A stretch of DNA of 64,000 bases from an uncultured Desulfovibrionaceae bacterium (GTDB lineage: Bacteria > Desulfobacterota > Desulfovibrionia > Desulfovibrionales > Desulfovibrionaceae). Numbering within the stretch: the stretch's first letter is position 1; every line of letters begins with the position of its first letter. This document shows positions 36,069-44,196 of the stretch, piece by piece. Below the pieces are notes generated by a model that ran no database searches, was not told the origin of the DNA, and was given only the letters and a program-made list of their open reading frames with translations. The position numbers were made by a program, and so were the translations under genes. The stretch covers positions 13,731-77,730 of the forward strand of contig CAYVWB010000010.1 of NCBI GenBank assembly GCA_964455395.1, given 5' to 3'.

Positions 36069-36647
36069 TCACTTGCCGCGTTTTTCGCGGGGGGGGCGTT
36101 TGCCGGGGCTTTCGAAATGGTGGACGAGATGGACCGAGGCGAGCTGGCCCCAGTCGAGCGTCAGAGTCGCAGCGTCGACGGAGCTGTCGTCGTCGGACAG
36201 GTCGTCGAGCGCGGCGCCCTCGGGGTGCGCCAGCGTGATGGTCAGGCGGTCGTCTTCCACGGCGCGCAGCTTCCCTTGGAAGCGCTTGCGACCGGGAAAA
36301 CGCGTTTCGTCCGGGGGCGTCTTGGCGGTGAGGTTCAGTTCGCGACCACTATATGGAATGAGCTGCGACGGTTCGAAGAAGCGGCGTTCCAGACCTGGCG
36401 AGGAGACTTCCAGCACGTACTGCCCCGGCACCACGTCTTCCGCGTCCAGCGCCACGGAAAGCGCGCGGGAGACCTCAGCACACTGGTCGATGGTCACTTC
36501 ACCTTCGTCGGGCGTATCCAGAAAAACGCGCACGATGCTTTTTCGCTCCGAGCCCCTGACGTCCACACCCCAGAGCGTGAGCCCGGAGGCTTCGGCCATG
36601 GCGCGCGCGAGGCGCGCGATGTGTTTCTGGACGGCGGTCAATGTCAT
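36069..36647 (-). CDS. rimP: ribosome maturation factor RimP
   Basis: 192 aa immediately upstream of nusA. LEVSSPGLERRF is the conserved RimP block. Confidence 0.85.
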   Translation of the reverse strand: MTLTAVQKHIARLARAMAEASGLTLWGVDVRGSERKSIVRVFLDTPDEGEVTIDQCAEVSRALSVALDAEDVVPGQYVLEVSSPGLERRFFEPSQLIPYSGRELNLTAKTPPDETRFPGRKRFQGKLRAVEDDRLTITLAHPEGAALDDLSDDDSSVDAATLTLDWGQLASVHLVHHFESPGKRPPREKRGK

Positions 36648-37136
36648 GGAAGCGGAGTCCTCGCCGGGGTGTCAGTTAAAGGGTGAAGGGTTGCGCCTTC
36701 CTTGCCGGAGCGCAGGGGGCGTTCGCCAACAAAAAAGGGGGGACCCGAAAGGCCCACCCGCGAATCGAAGACGCTGCAGCGCCTGAGACAACGCCTGTTC
36801 CGCAGCGTCTTGCGGAGTGGCGGCGTCTTGCGACATCCGCCGCGCGTTTCCGCGACCTCTCCTGCCGGCCGTGTCCTTCCGGGAGCGTGCACGGACGACG
36901 GAGGACGGGGGCTGCAAGACCTTGAGACCACGAGACCACGAGGCCTTGAAACAGGGCCGCTGGCGGAGCCGTGCGCCGTCGCCTGCGAGGTCCGTGGCGC
37001 TGGTCGTGCGCCGCCGCTCTGTGTCGCGCTGCGATCTGGAGCCTTGGCCTGGCGCTTCGGGGAAAAGCGCTGCGGGCCGACTGTTCGGGAAGCAGACGGC
37101 GCCGTCCTGATGTCGCACGATGGCGCAGAGCGACCC

Positions 37137-37212
37137 TGGAGCGGGCGACGGGATTCGAACCCGCGACCCCAAGCTTGGGAAGCTTGTACTCTACCAGCTG
37201 AGTTACACCCGC
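37137..37212 (-). tRNA. tRNA-Gly (anticodon CCC), CCA encoded
   Basis: The minus strand reads GCGGGTG TA ACTCAGCTGGTAGAGT A CAAGC TTCCCAA GCTTG GGGTC GCGGG TTCGAAT CCCGT CGCCCGC T CCA. The cloverleaf was folded by eye and has a 7-bp acceptor stem and a TPsiC arm with loop TTCGAAT. Confidence 0.9.
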
Positions 37213-37329
37213 CCTCGGGAACAAGCACAGATACACAGGGCGGGGTGGGGTGTCAAGCCTTTTCCCCCCTTGCTGCGAACCCTTTCCGCATGGCCCGACG
37301 CGCGATCCGGACCACGCCCGACGCGCACA

Positions 37330-37347
37330 TTGGAACGCAATCTGCAT
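37330..37347 (+). promoter_or_regulatory. sigma54 (-24/-12) promoter candidate upstream of flgF
   Basis: TTGGAACGCAATCTGCAT has GG and GC at the canonical 12-nt register of the consensus TGGCACG-N4-TTGCA. It lies about 40 nt upstream of the flgF ATG. Confidence 0.5.
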
Positions 37348-37386
37348 CCCATTCCGCAAGACACGGCCACAAAGGAGGTCGCAACC

Positions 37387-38172
37387 ATGCAAGACAGCAT
37401 GATTTCAGCACTTTTTGGCGCGATGACCTGTGAGCACAGGCTCAACATCACCGCCAACAATCTGGCGAACGCCAACACCACAGGCTACAAGCGCGACACG
37501 CTCGCTTTCAAGGATGTCTTCGTGCCGTACGCGCATGACAAGATCATGGAGCCGGTGCTCGCCGTGCGGGACAAGAAGCTCTTCCCGCCGCCTGTGCACA
37601 TCGCCAAGACCCGCATCGCCGAAGAGCAGATCCAGTTCGAGCAAGGCGGCCTCAAGCAGACGGGCTCCCCCTTGGATGTCGCCATCCGCGGCGACGGCTT
37701 CTTCAAGATCCAGACCGAGGACGGAACCCAGTTCTACAGCAGAAACGGCAACTTCCACCGAAACGCCGATGGGCAACTCGTCAACGCCCGCGGCGACGCC
37801 GTTCTTGCCGGCGGCGCCGCCGTGGAGATTCCCCCCAATGCGGAGCAAGTGGAATTCGGCCCTTCCGGGCAGGTGTATGCAGACGGCGTCAACCTCGGCC
37901 AGCTCGATCTCGTCTCCTTCGAGGATCTCCAGAGTCTGGAGAAGGTGGGACGCAACTACTACCAGCTCAAGGAGGGCGTGAACGCTGCGGAGATTCAGCC
38001 GCAGGACGCCGAGCTCGCCCAGGGGTATCTGGAGAGCTCCAACGTCAATGTGGTGACAGCCATGGTGGACATGATCGAAACCCAGCGCGCTTTCGAAGCG
38101 TACGGCAAAGTCATCACCACCACCAACGAGACCGACAAGAACGCCATCACGCGCGTCGGCAGAGCCACTTAA
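37387..38172 (+). CDS. flgF: flagellar basal-body rod protein FlgF
   Basis: Start MQDSMISALFGAMTCEHRLNITANNLANANTTGYKRD, with the SD AAAGGAGG upstream. The C-terminal rod motif LESSNVNVVTAMVDMIETQRAFE is present. Confidence 0.85.
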   Translation: MQDSMISALFGAMTCEHRLNITANNLANANTTGYKRDTLAFKDVFVPYAHDKIMEPVLAVRDKKLFPPPVHIAKTRIAEEQIQFEQGGLKQTGSPLDVAIRGDGFFKIQTEDGTQFYSRNGNFHRNADGQLVNARGDAVLAGGAAVEIPPNAEQVEFGPSGQVYADGVNLGQLDLVSFEDLQSLEKVGRNYYQLKEGVNAAEIQPQDAELAQGYLESSNVNVVTAMVDMIETQRAFEAYGKVITTTNETDKNAITRVGRAT

Positions 38173-38200
38173 CCCCTAGCAGTACGGAGGCGACACCGCC

Positions 38201-38983
38201 ATGATGCGTTCTCTCTGGACGGCGGCCACGGGCATGATCGCGCAGCAGCTCAACATCGACGTGATCTCCAACAACCTGGCCAACGTCAACACCATCGGTT
38301 TCAAGAAGAACCGCGCCGAGTTCGAGGACTTGCTCTACCAGAACCAGCGTATCGCCGGCACGGAGACAGAATCCGGGCAGCGGCTGCCCACGGGCATCCA
38401 GGTCGGCATGGGCGTGCGGCCCACCACGGTTCACAAGTTCTTCAGCCAAGGCGACTATCAGAACACCGAGAACCCACTGGACCTCGCCATCGAAGGCGAC
38501 GGCTTTTTCCAGGTGGACGTCAATGGCGAGCAGGCCTACACCCGCGCCGGCGCGTTCAAGCTCAACGACGAAGGAACCGTGGTCACGGCCAACGGCTACC
38601 CCTTGCAGCCGGAGTTCACCGTGCCGGCGGACACCGTCAACGTGGTGGTCACCTCGGACGGCCGCATCTCCGCTCTGGACTCCGGCGGGGAAGAGCTGGC
38701 CGGGGCGGACATCCCCATCTACTCCTTCATCAACCCCCCGGGTCTCACTGCGGCGGGCCGGAACCTCTACTATCCCACGGAAGCCTCGGGCGATCCTGTG
38801 GAGGGCGTGCCCGGCACGGAGAATTTCGGCACCATCACCCAAGGCTATCTGGAGATGTCCAATGTGGAGATCGTGGACGAGATGGTTCAGATGATCGTGG
38901 GTCAGCGCGCTTACGAGATCAACTCCAAAGCCATCCAGACCTCGGACGCCATGCTCCAGACCGCCACCAACCTGAAACGCTAG
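38201..38983 (+). CDS. flgG: flagellar distal rod protein FlgG
   Basis: MMRSLWTAATGMIAQQLNIDVISNNLANVNTIGFKK and LEMSNVEIVDEMVQMIVGQRAYEINSK. Confidence 0.9.
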   Translation: MMRSLWTAATGMIAQQLNIDVISNNLANVNTIGFKKNRAEFEDLLYQNQRIAGTETESGQRLPTGIQVGMGVRPTTVHKFFSQGDYQNTENPLDLAIEGDGFFQVDVNGEQAYTRAGAFKLNDEGTVVTANGYPLQPEFTVPADTVNVVVTSDGRISALDSGGEELAGADIPIYSFINPPGLTAAGRNLYYPTEASGDPVEGVPGTENFGTITQGYLEMSNVEIVDEMVQMIVGQRAYEINSKAIQTSDAMLQTATNLKR

Positions 38984-39018
38984 CCCCACGCTGCATGCAG
39001 AACGCTTCAGGAGGCCTC

Positions 39019-40107
39019 ATGCCACACGTTGCGCCCCCCCACACCGAGCCCGAGCTTGCGGCCCGCATCGCCGCTCCCGCTCCTCCCGCAATCGCCGACC
39101 CCGTGGAGACCCGATGGTCCCTGCGGCTGCCCCTGGGGCTGGCGCTGGCCACGGGGCTGCTCGCGGTCTGTCTGGCTGTCGCGCCCACGCTCATCGCCTT
39201 CGCCAATGCTTCGCCAGCATGGCGCATCGCCGTGCAGGAAGCTGCGGTGACGAGCGGCGAAAAAGTGACGCTCGGGGAGATCGCTCGCCCCTTGGGTCCC
39301 ATGCCCGAAGCGCACTGGAAGGCCCTGGCCGCCACCGAGTTGTGGCCCGCCCCCCCGGCGGACGGCAAACCCATGGCCGTGAATCGCGACAAGCTGGAAA
39401 AGGCCCTGAAGCACTACCTGGGTGAGAACGCCGACTACTGCCTGCTGCCGGACCGGCTGGTGCTGCGTCGCGGGGGCAAGTTGCTGGGCGAAGACGACTT
39501 GGCGCAGCTGGTGGTCAAGAATCTGACGCCGCAGATCAAAGCCCTGGGACGGGAGGCTTCCTTCCGGGACTACCGCCTCCCAGAGAGCTATTTCATGGAC
39601 GACCCCACCAACGAACTCGCCGTGGACGTGGTGGGCCGGCTGGAGCCGGGGCGACTCTCCCTGCGCTTCGTGGAGCGCGACCTGCGCGGACAAGAGGTGC
39701 GCAAGGTGTCCGGCAGCGTTTTTCTTGACTGCTACAAGGATGTGATGGCCGCCGCAGAGCCCCTGGACCGCGATCAGGCCTTGACTCCCGAAGCGGTGAC
39801 CACCAAGCGCGTGAACCTCGCCTACATGCGCGGCGACCCCTGGGACGGCCGTGGCGGTCCTTGGCGGCTGACGCGTCCCGTGGGCGCCGGCGAACCCATC
39901 TACCAGGACGATCTGGAACCCCTGCCCATGGTGCGCCGGGGCGAAGCCGTCACCCTGAAATACGAAGGCCGCCACGTCACCCTGCAGGTCATGGCTGAAG
40001 CCTTGGAAGACGCCGGCCCCGGGCAGACGGTGCGAGTGCGCAACACCCAGTCCAGCCGCGAAGTGGTGGCCCGTGTGCGCGACGCGCATACCGTGGTGGT
40101 CCGATAG
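39019..40107 (+). CDS. flgA: flagellar P-ring assembly chaperone FlgA (long N-terminal region)
   Basis: The C-terminal part (MVRRGEAVTLKYEGRHVTLQVMAEALEDAGPGQTVRVRNTQSSREVVARV) matches the FlgA/SAF-type domain. The start was chosen at the ATG preceded by AGGAGG; the ORF track starts at 38995. Confidence 0.75.
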   Translation: MPHVAPPHTEPELAARIAAPAPPAIADPVETRWSLRLPLGLALATGLLAVCLAVAPTLIAFANASPAWRIAVQEAAVTSGEKVTLGEIARPLGPMPEAHWKALAATELWPAPPADGKPMAVNRDKLEKALKHYLGENADYCLLPDRLVLRRGGKLLGEDDLAQLVVKNLTPQIKALGREASFRDYRLPESYFMDDPTNELAVDVVGRLEPGRLSLRFVERDLRGQEVRKVSGSVFLDCYKDVMAAAEPLDRDQALTPEAVTTKRVNLAYMRGDPWDGRGGPWRLTRPVGAGEPIYQDDLEPLPMVRRGEAVTLKYEGRHVTLQVMAEALEDAGPGQTVRVRNTQSSREVVARVRDAHTVVVR

Positions 40108-40134
40108 CTGCATAGCCCCCCGCAGGAGCAAGAC

Positions 40135-41025
40135 ATGAACGCCTACAGCCAACGCATCCTCACCATCCTTCAGGGTCTGCGACCCGCCGCCGGCGAAGCC
40201 GCGGCCGAGCGCCACGCCAACCACCCCCAGCCGGAGCCCACGCTCCGCCAGGAGCCGCGCCCCATGCGCCACGCCGACGCTTCTTCCCGGTCCGCCCGCA
40301 GCGGATGGCGACGTTTCGCTGCGTTGCTGGTCCTCTGCATGGCCCTCACCGCTTGCAACCAGACCAAGCAGAACGTGCAGACCACCCCCGTGCTGAACCC
40401 GCCCCCCGTGGAGGACCTGGAACCCTCCATCGCGGAGAATCCGGGCTCCATCTACAATCCCGGCCATTCCGAATTTCTTTTCGAGGACAACCGCGCCCGT
40501 CGCGTGGGCGATGTGGTGCTCATCAACGTGGTGGAGAACACCACCAGCACGTTGGAAACGGAGACCACCTCGGAGCGGCAGTCCACCACGAACTTGCAGG
40601 TGCAAGCCGCTTTCGGCCAACAGACGGTTGGCCTGGGCACGCTGATGGGCTTGGCCCCCTACGCCCTGGACGGCGAAACGGGCGCGGACCCCATCCTCCA
40701 GTTCAACACGCAGAACGAGTTCGAAGGCGAAGGCGAGACGAGCCGCGAAGCGCAGATCTCCGCCACCATCGGCGCGCGGGTGGTCAAGGTGTTGCCTGGC
40801 GGTCTCTTGCAGATCCAGGGCTCCCGCGAAGTCCGCGTCAACGACGAGATCCAGATGCTGCTGGTGCAGGGGCTGGTGCGTCCCCGCGACATCGGGCCGG
40901 ACAACTCCATCCTCTCCACCCAACTGGCGGACGCCCGCGTGGAATACTACGGCCGCGGCGTGCTGACAGACCGTCAGTCCCCTGGTTGGGGCGCCCGCGT
41001 CATCGACAACATCTGGCCGTTCTAA
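40135..41025 (+). CDS. flgH: flagellar L-ring lipoprotein FlgH
   Basis: Lipobox LTAC, plus GDVVLINVVENT...REVRVNDEIQMLLVQGLVRPRDI. An internal ATG at 40264, also preceded by AGGAG, would place the signal peptide at the N-terminus and may be the true start. Confidence 0.85.
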   Translation: MNAYSQRILTILQGLRPAAGEAAAERHANHPQPEPTLRQEPRPMRHADASSRSARSGWRRFAALLVLCMALTACNQTKQNVQTTPVLNPPPVEDLEPSIAENPGSIYNPGHSEFLFEDNRARRVGDVVLINVVENTTSTLETETTSERQSTTNLQVQAAFGQQTVGLGTLMGLAPYALDGETGADPILQFNTQNEFEGEGETSREAQISATIGARVVKVLPGGLLQIQGSREVRVNDEIQMLLVQGLVRPRDIGPDNSILSTQLADARVEYYGRGVLTDRQSPGWGARVIDNIWPF

Positions 41026-41049
41026 GCCGTCGGGAACCGTCCAGTCAGC

Positions 41050-42234
41050 ATGCACAGCCTCAGGAGCCACGCCATGTCCCGCCACTGCAGTCCCATCCGC
41101 CAAAGCATCCGCCCCCCTCATCGCCATCGCGCCTTGCTGCGCCGTGTTCTTTGCATCGCGCTGGTGGGGATGAGCCTCCTCGCCTTCGCGGAACGCGCCG
41201 AGGCGGTCCGCCTGAAGGACATCGCCACCTTCGGCGGGGTGCGCAACAACCAGCTCGTGGGCTACGGTCTGGTGGTGGGCCTCGCCGGGACGGGGGACTC
41301 CAACCGCAGCGAGTTCACCATCCAGTCCATGGTCAACATGCTGGAGGTCCTCGGCGTGGCGGTGGACAGACGCAACCTCCGGCCCCGCAACGTGGCTGCG
41401 GTGATGATCACCTGTCCCATGCCCGTCTCCTCCAAGCCGGGCGCGCGGCTGGACGTCACTGTCTCCTCACTGGGCGACGCCGACAGCCTGCTCGGCGGGG
41501 TGTTGCTCATGGCGCCCCTCAAAGGCGTGGACGGCAAAGTCTACGCGCTGGCGCAAGGGCCGCTCACCGTGGGCGGGTTCTCTGCGCAAGGCGAGGCCGC
41601 CGGGGTGAGCCAGAACATCGCCACCGTGGCCATGATTCCCAACGGCGCCACCGTGGAACGCGCCGTGCCCTTCGAATACAACGAGCAGGAATCACTCACC
41701 ATCCATATGAGCCAGGCGGACTTCACCACCACCATGGAAGTGGTGACGAAGATCAACGAGACCCTCGGCGGACAATACGCCAAAGCCCGGGACATCTCCA
41801 CCATTTCGCTGGATGTGCCTGAAGGCTTCCAAGGCGACCTGGTGCCTTTCATCGCCGGGCTGGAAACGCTTGAAGTAACCCCGGACGTGAAAGCCAAGGT
41901 GGTGGTGGACGAAAAAACCGGCACCGTGGTGCTGGGCCGTCACGTGCGGCTCTCCAAAGCAGCGGTGGCGCACGGCAACCTGCAGATCGTCATCCGCGAA
42001 GGCGCCAACGTGGTCCAGCCGGGGCCTTTCAGCCAAGGCCAGACCGTGGTGGTGCCGGAGACGGACGTGGCCGTCACAGAGGAGAACCGCCGTCTCGTGA
42101 TGGTGGAGGGCGCCACGCTCCAGGAACTGGTGGACGGCTTGAACGCCATCGGCGCCACCCCCCGGGACCTCATCTCCATTCTCCGCACCCTCAAGACCGC
42201 AGGCGCTCTGCACGCGGAGCTGGAGGTGATGTAG
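41050..42234 (+). CDS. flgI: flagellar P-ring protein FlgI
   Basis: Signal peptide followed by [31 protein letters not shown]. The C-terminus is [18 protein letters not shown]. Confidence 0.9.
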   Translation: MHSLRSHAMSRHCSPIRQSIRPPHRHRALLRRVLCIALVGMSLLAFAERAEAVRLKDIATFGGVRNNQLVGYGLVVGLAGTGDSNRSEFTIQSMVNMLEVLGVAVDRRNLRPRNVAAVMITCPMPVSSKPGARLDVTVSSLGDADSLLGGVLLMAPLKGVDGKVYALAQGPLTVGGFSAQGEAAGVSQNIATVAMIPNGATVERAVPFEYNEQESLTIHMSQADFTTTMEVVTKINETLGGQYAKARDISTISLDVPEGFQGDLVPFIAGLETLEVTPDVKAKVVVDEKTGTVVLGRHVRLSKAAVAHGNLQIVIREGANVVQPGPFSQGQTVVVPETDVAVTEENRRLVMVEGATLQELVDGLNAIGATPRDLISILRTLKTAGALHAELEVM

Positions 42235-43629
42235 ATGCTCCCCAAGCCCACGGCCATGGACATCGATCTGACCGGGCGGCCGCAAGAGGACGCCCTGCGC
42301 AGGAAACTGGAAGCGGACCGGCTGCAGCAACGTCTGCAACACACGCCGGACAAGGACGCTGAACTGCGCGAGGCGTGTGAAGGGTTCGAGTCCATCTTCC
42401 TGAACAAGCTCTGGTCGCAGATGCGCAAGTCCGTGCCCAAGGAAGGCTTCCTCCACAGCAAGGAGGAGGAGTTCTACCAGTCCATGTTCGATCAGGAGAT
42501 GGCCAAGAAGATGTCGCAAGGCGGCGGCATCGGCCTGGCGGACATGCTCCACCGGCAGCTGCGGGAACAGGCGGAGCTCGTGAGTCGCGCCACCTCGCCG
42601 CCGCGTCATGAAGATCCCTTGCCCATCGACCTCGCTTCAGGCAAAGGGCCCGCCACAGGCGGCGAGCTGCCCGCGAGCGACGTCGCCCCCCTGCGGGAGG
42701 CCTCGGCGGCGGTTCCGGCCGCTGCAACCGCGCCCGCTTCCAAGCAACCTTTGGCCGCCAGCGACTTCGCTGCTTCCGGCGAGGCCTCCCGCGCCGGGAA
42801 CGACCCCTTGGCGGACCTCTATTCCCCTGTGGAGCAGAGCGCCGGTGGTCTGGCGGCCGACGCCATGTACGAGCCGCTGGCGGATGGGACGGACGGGGAG
42901 GACGGAGTATACGCCGGCGCGGCTTCGCAAGACGTGCGGCTGGCGGCCGGTCCCCCTGCGACCACAGCCAACGCCGCCGCCGGCGGGGACCTGGAGCCTG
43001 CGCTGTCGGCAGCCGCCGGCGAACCACTGACCAAGCCCCAGCCCCTGGCGGACAAGAGTCGTGCAGCGCCCCAAGGCGAATACGCCCCCGGCGCGCTGGT
43101 GCCGCCCCGGTTGTTGAGCGGCGCGCCCATGACTCTCATGGCCGGGCAAACTGCTGCAGCACCCGCCCAGACCGCGTTCATGAAGAACCTGGATGCGGAC
43201 ACCCGCCAGCAGGTGGCGAGCCTGCCGTTGATGACAGACCCCACGAACGGCCCTGTGAGCTCGTCCTTCGGGTGGCGCAACGATCCCTTCACGGGCAAGC
43301 GCGCGTGGCACGCCGGGGTGGACTACGCTGCGCCGGCTGGCGCGCCCATCAAGGCGTGTTGGGACGGGGAGGTCGTTTTTTCCGGGGAGAAGCCGGGCTA
43401 TGGCGCCATCGTGGTGCTGGAGCATGCCGGGGGATGGCGGAGTTTCTATGGTCATGCCGGTGGGTTGCAGGTGAATGTGGGCGATGCGGTGCGCGCTGGC
43501 CAGGAAATTGCAGAAGTCGGGTCGAGCGGTCGCGCCACTGGCCCCCATCTCCATTTCGAGATCCGTCGCGAGGGCCGCGCCTTCGACCCCGAAGGCCTGC
43601 GACAGACCCTGCTGGCGATGGCGCAGTAA
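42235..43629 (+). CDS. flgJ: FlgJ-like rod-binding protein fused to an M23 peptidase domain
   Basis: N-terminal rod-binding block ACEGFESIFLNKLWSQMRKS. C-terminal M23 motifs are HAGVDYAAPAGAPI and GPHLHFEIR. An A/P-rich linker joins them. Confidence 0.8.
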   Translation: MLPKPTAMDIDLTGRPQEDALRRKLEADRLQQRLQHTPDKDAELREACEGFESIFLNKLWSQMRKSVPKEGFLHSKEEEFYQSMFDQEMAKKMSQGGGIGLADMLHRQLREQAELVSRATSPPRHEDPLPIDLASGKGPATGGELPASDVAPLREASAAVPAAATAPASKQPLAASDFAASGEASRAGNDPLADLYSPVEQSAGGLAADAMYEPLADGTDGEDGVYAGAASQDVRLAAGPPATTANAAAGGDLEPALSAAAGEPLTKPQPLADKSRAAPQGEYAPGALVPPRLLSGAPMTLMAGQTAAAPAQTAFMKNLDADTRQQVASLPLMTDPTNGPVSSSFGWRNDPFTGKRAWHAGVDYAAPAGAPIKACWDGEVVFSGEKPGYGAIVVLEHAGGWRSFYGHAGGLQVNVGDAVRAGQEIAEVGSSGRATGPHLHFEIRREGRAFDPEGLRQTLLAMAQ

Positions 43630-43659
43630 GCCGCTCCCACCGTTACCCGAGGGCACGCC

Positions 43660-44196
43660 ATGTACAGAATCCTCATCGAAAATCTCCTCCGCCAGGACAA
43701 AGCCTACATGCTTCTGGAGTTGCTGCTGAAGGAAGAATTTTCCCTGCTCTCCAAGCGCGACCCGGAAGCGGTCACCAGCCTGGAGTGGAAGGTCCACGAG
43801 CTCACGCGGCAGATCATCGCTGAACGCGAAGTGGTGCGCGCCATGGCGCCGGGCCGGCTGGCGGGGCTCATCCGGGAGTTGCCGGCGGAGCTCGTCGCGG
43901 CGGACATGGTTCCGGATCTGCAGATGATTCCCGGCCTCCCCGAGGGCGCGGCGAAACGCAGCCTGGCCGAGCTGCTGGCGCAATTGCTGAAAAACGTGGA
44001 CAGCCGAGAGCAGCGCGCCGTGCGTCAGGCGGAGAAGAACTCCAAGCTGGCGCTGGCGCTGATGGACCAGAGCCAAGGCATGCTCCAGTTCCTCTATGAC
44101 AAGGCGGCGCCCAAGGAGAAGCAGCAGACCTATTCGAAGCAGGGCGCGTTCAAGCAGGCGCGTGGCGAGGCCTCGCTGCTGCGCGGGAGGCTCTGA
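43660..44196 (+). CDS. flgN: FlgN-like flagellar export chaperone
   Basis: 178-aa helical protein directly upstream of flgK, with stop and start overlapping (TGATG). The call rests on position and resemblance of the N-terminus (LIENLLRQDKAYMLLELLLKEEFSLL) to the FlgN family. Confidence 0.5.
   Translation: MYRILIENLLRQDKAYMLLELLLKEEFSLLSKRDPEAVTSLEWKVHELTRQIIAEREVVRAMAPGRLAGLIRELPAELVAADMVPDLQMIPGLPEGAAKRSLAELLAQLLKNVDSREQRAVRQAEKNSKLALALMDQSQGMLQFLYDKAAPKEKQQTYSKQGAFKQARGEASLLRGRL

Noticed and set aside
37137-37212. tRNA-Gly as an integration hotspot or genomic island border
   Set aside because: No integrase, direct repeat of the tRNA 3' end, or compositional shift is visible on either side. 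The flanks are core translation and flagellar operons.
36644-37392. Three overlapping minus-strand ORFs (194, 166 and 238 aa) between rimP and flgF
   Set aside because: All of them read through the tRNA-Gly gene. They have Arg/Pro/Ala-rich products without motifs.
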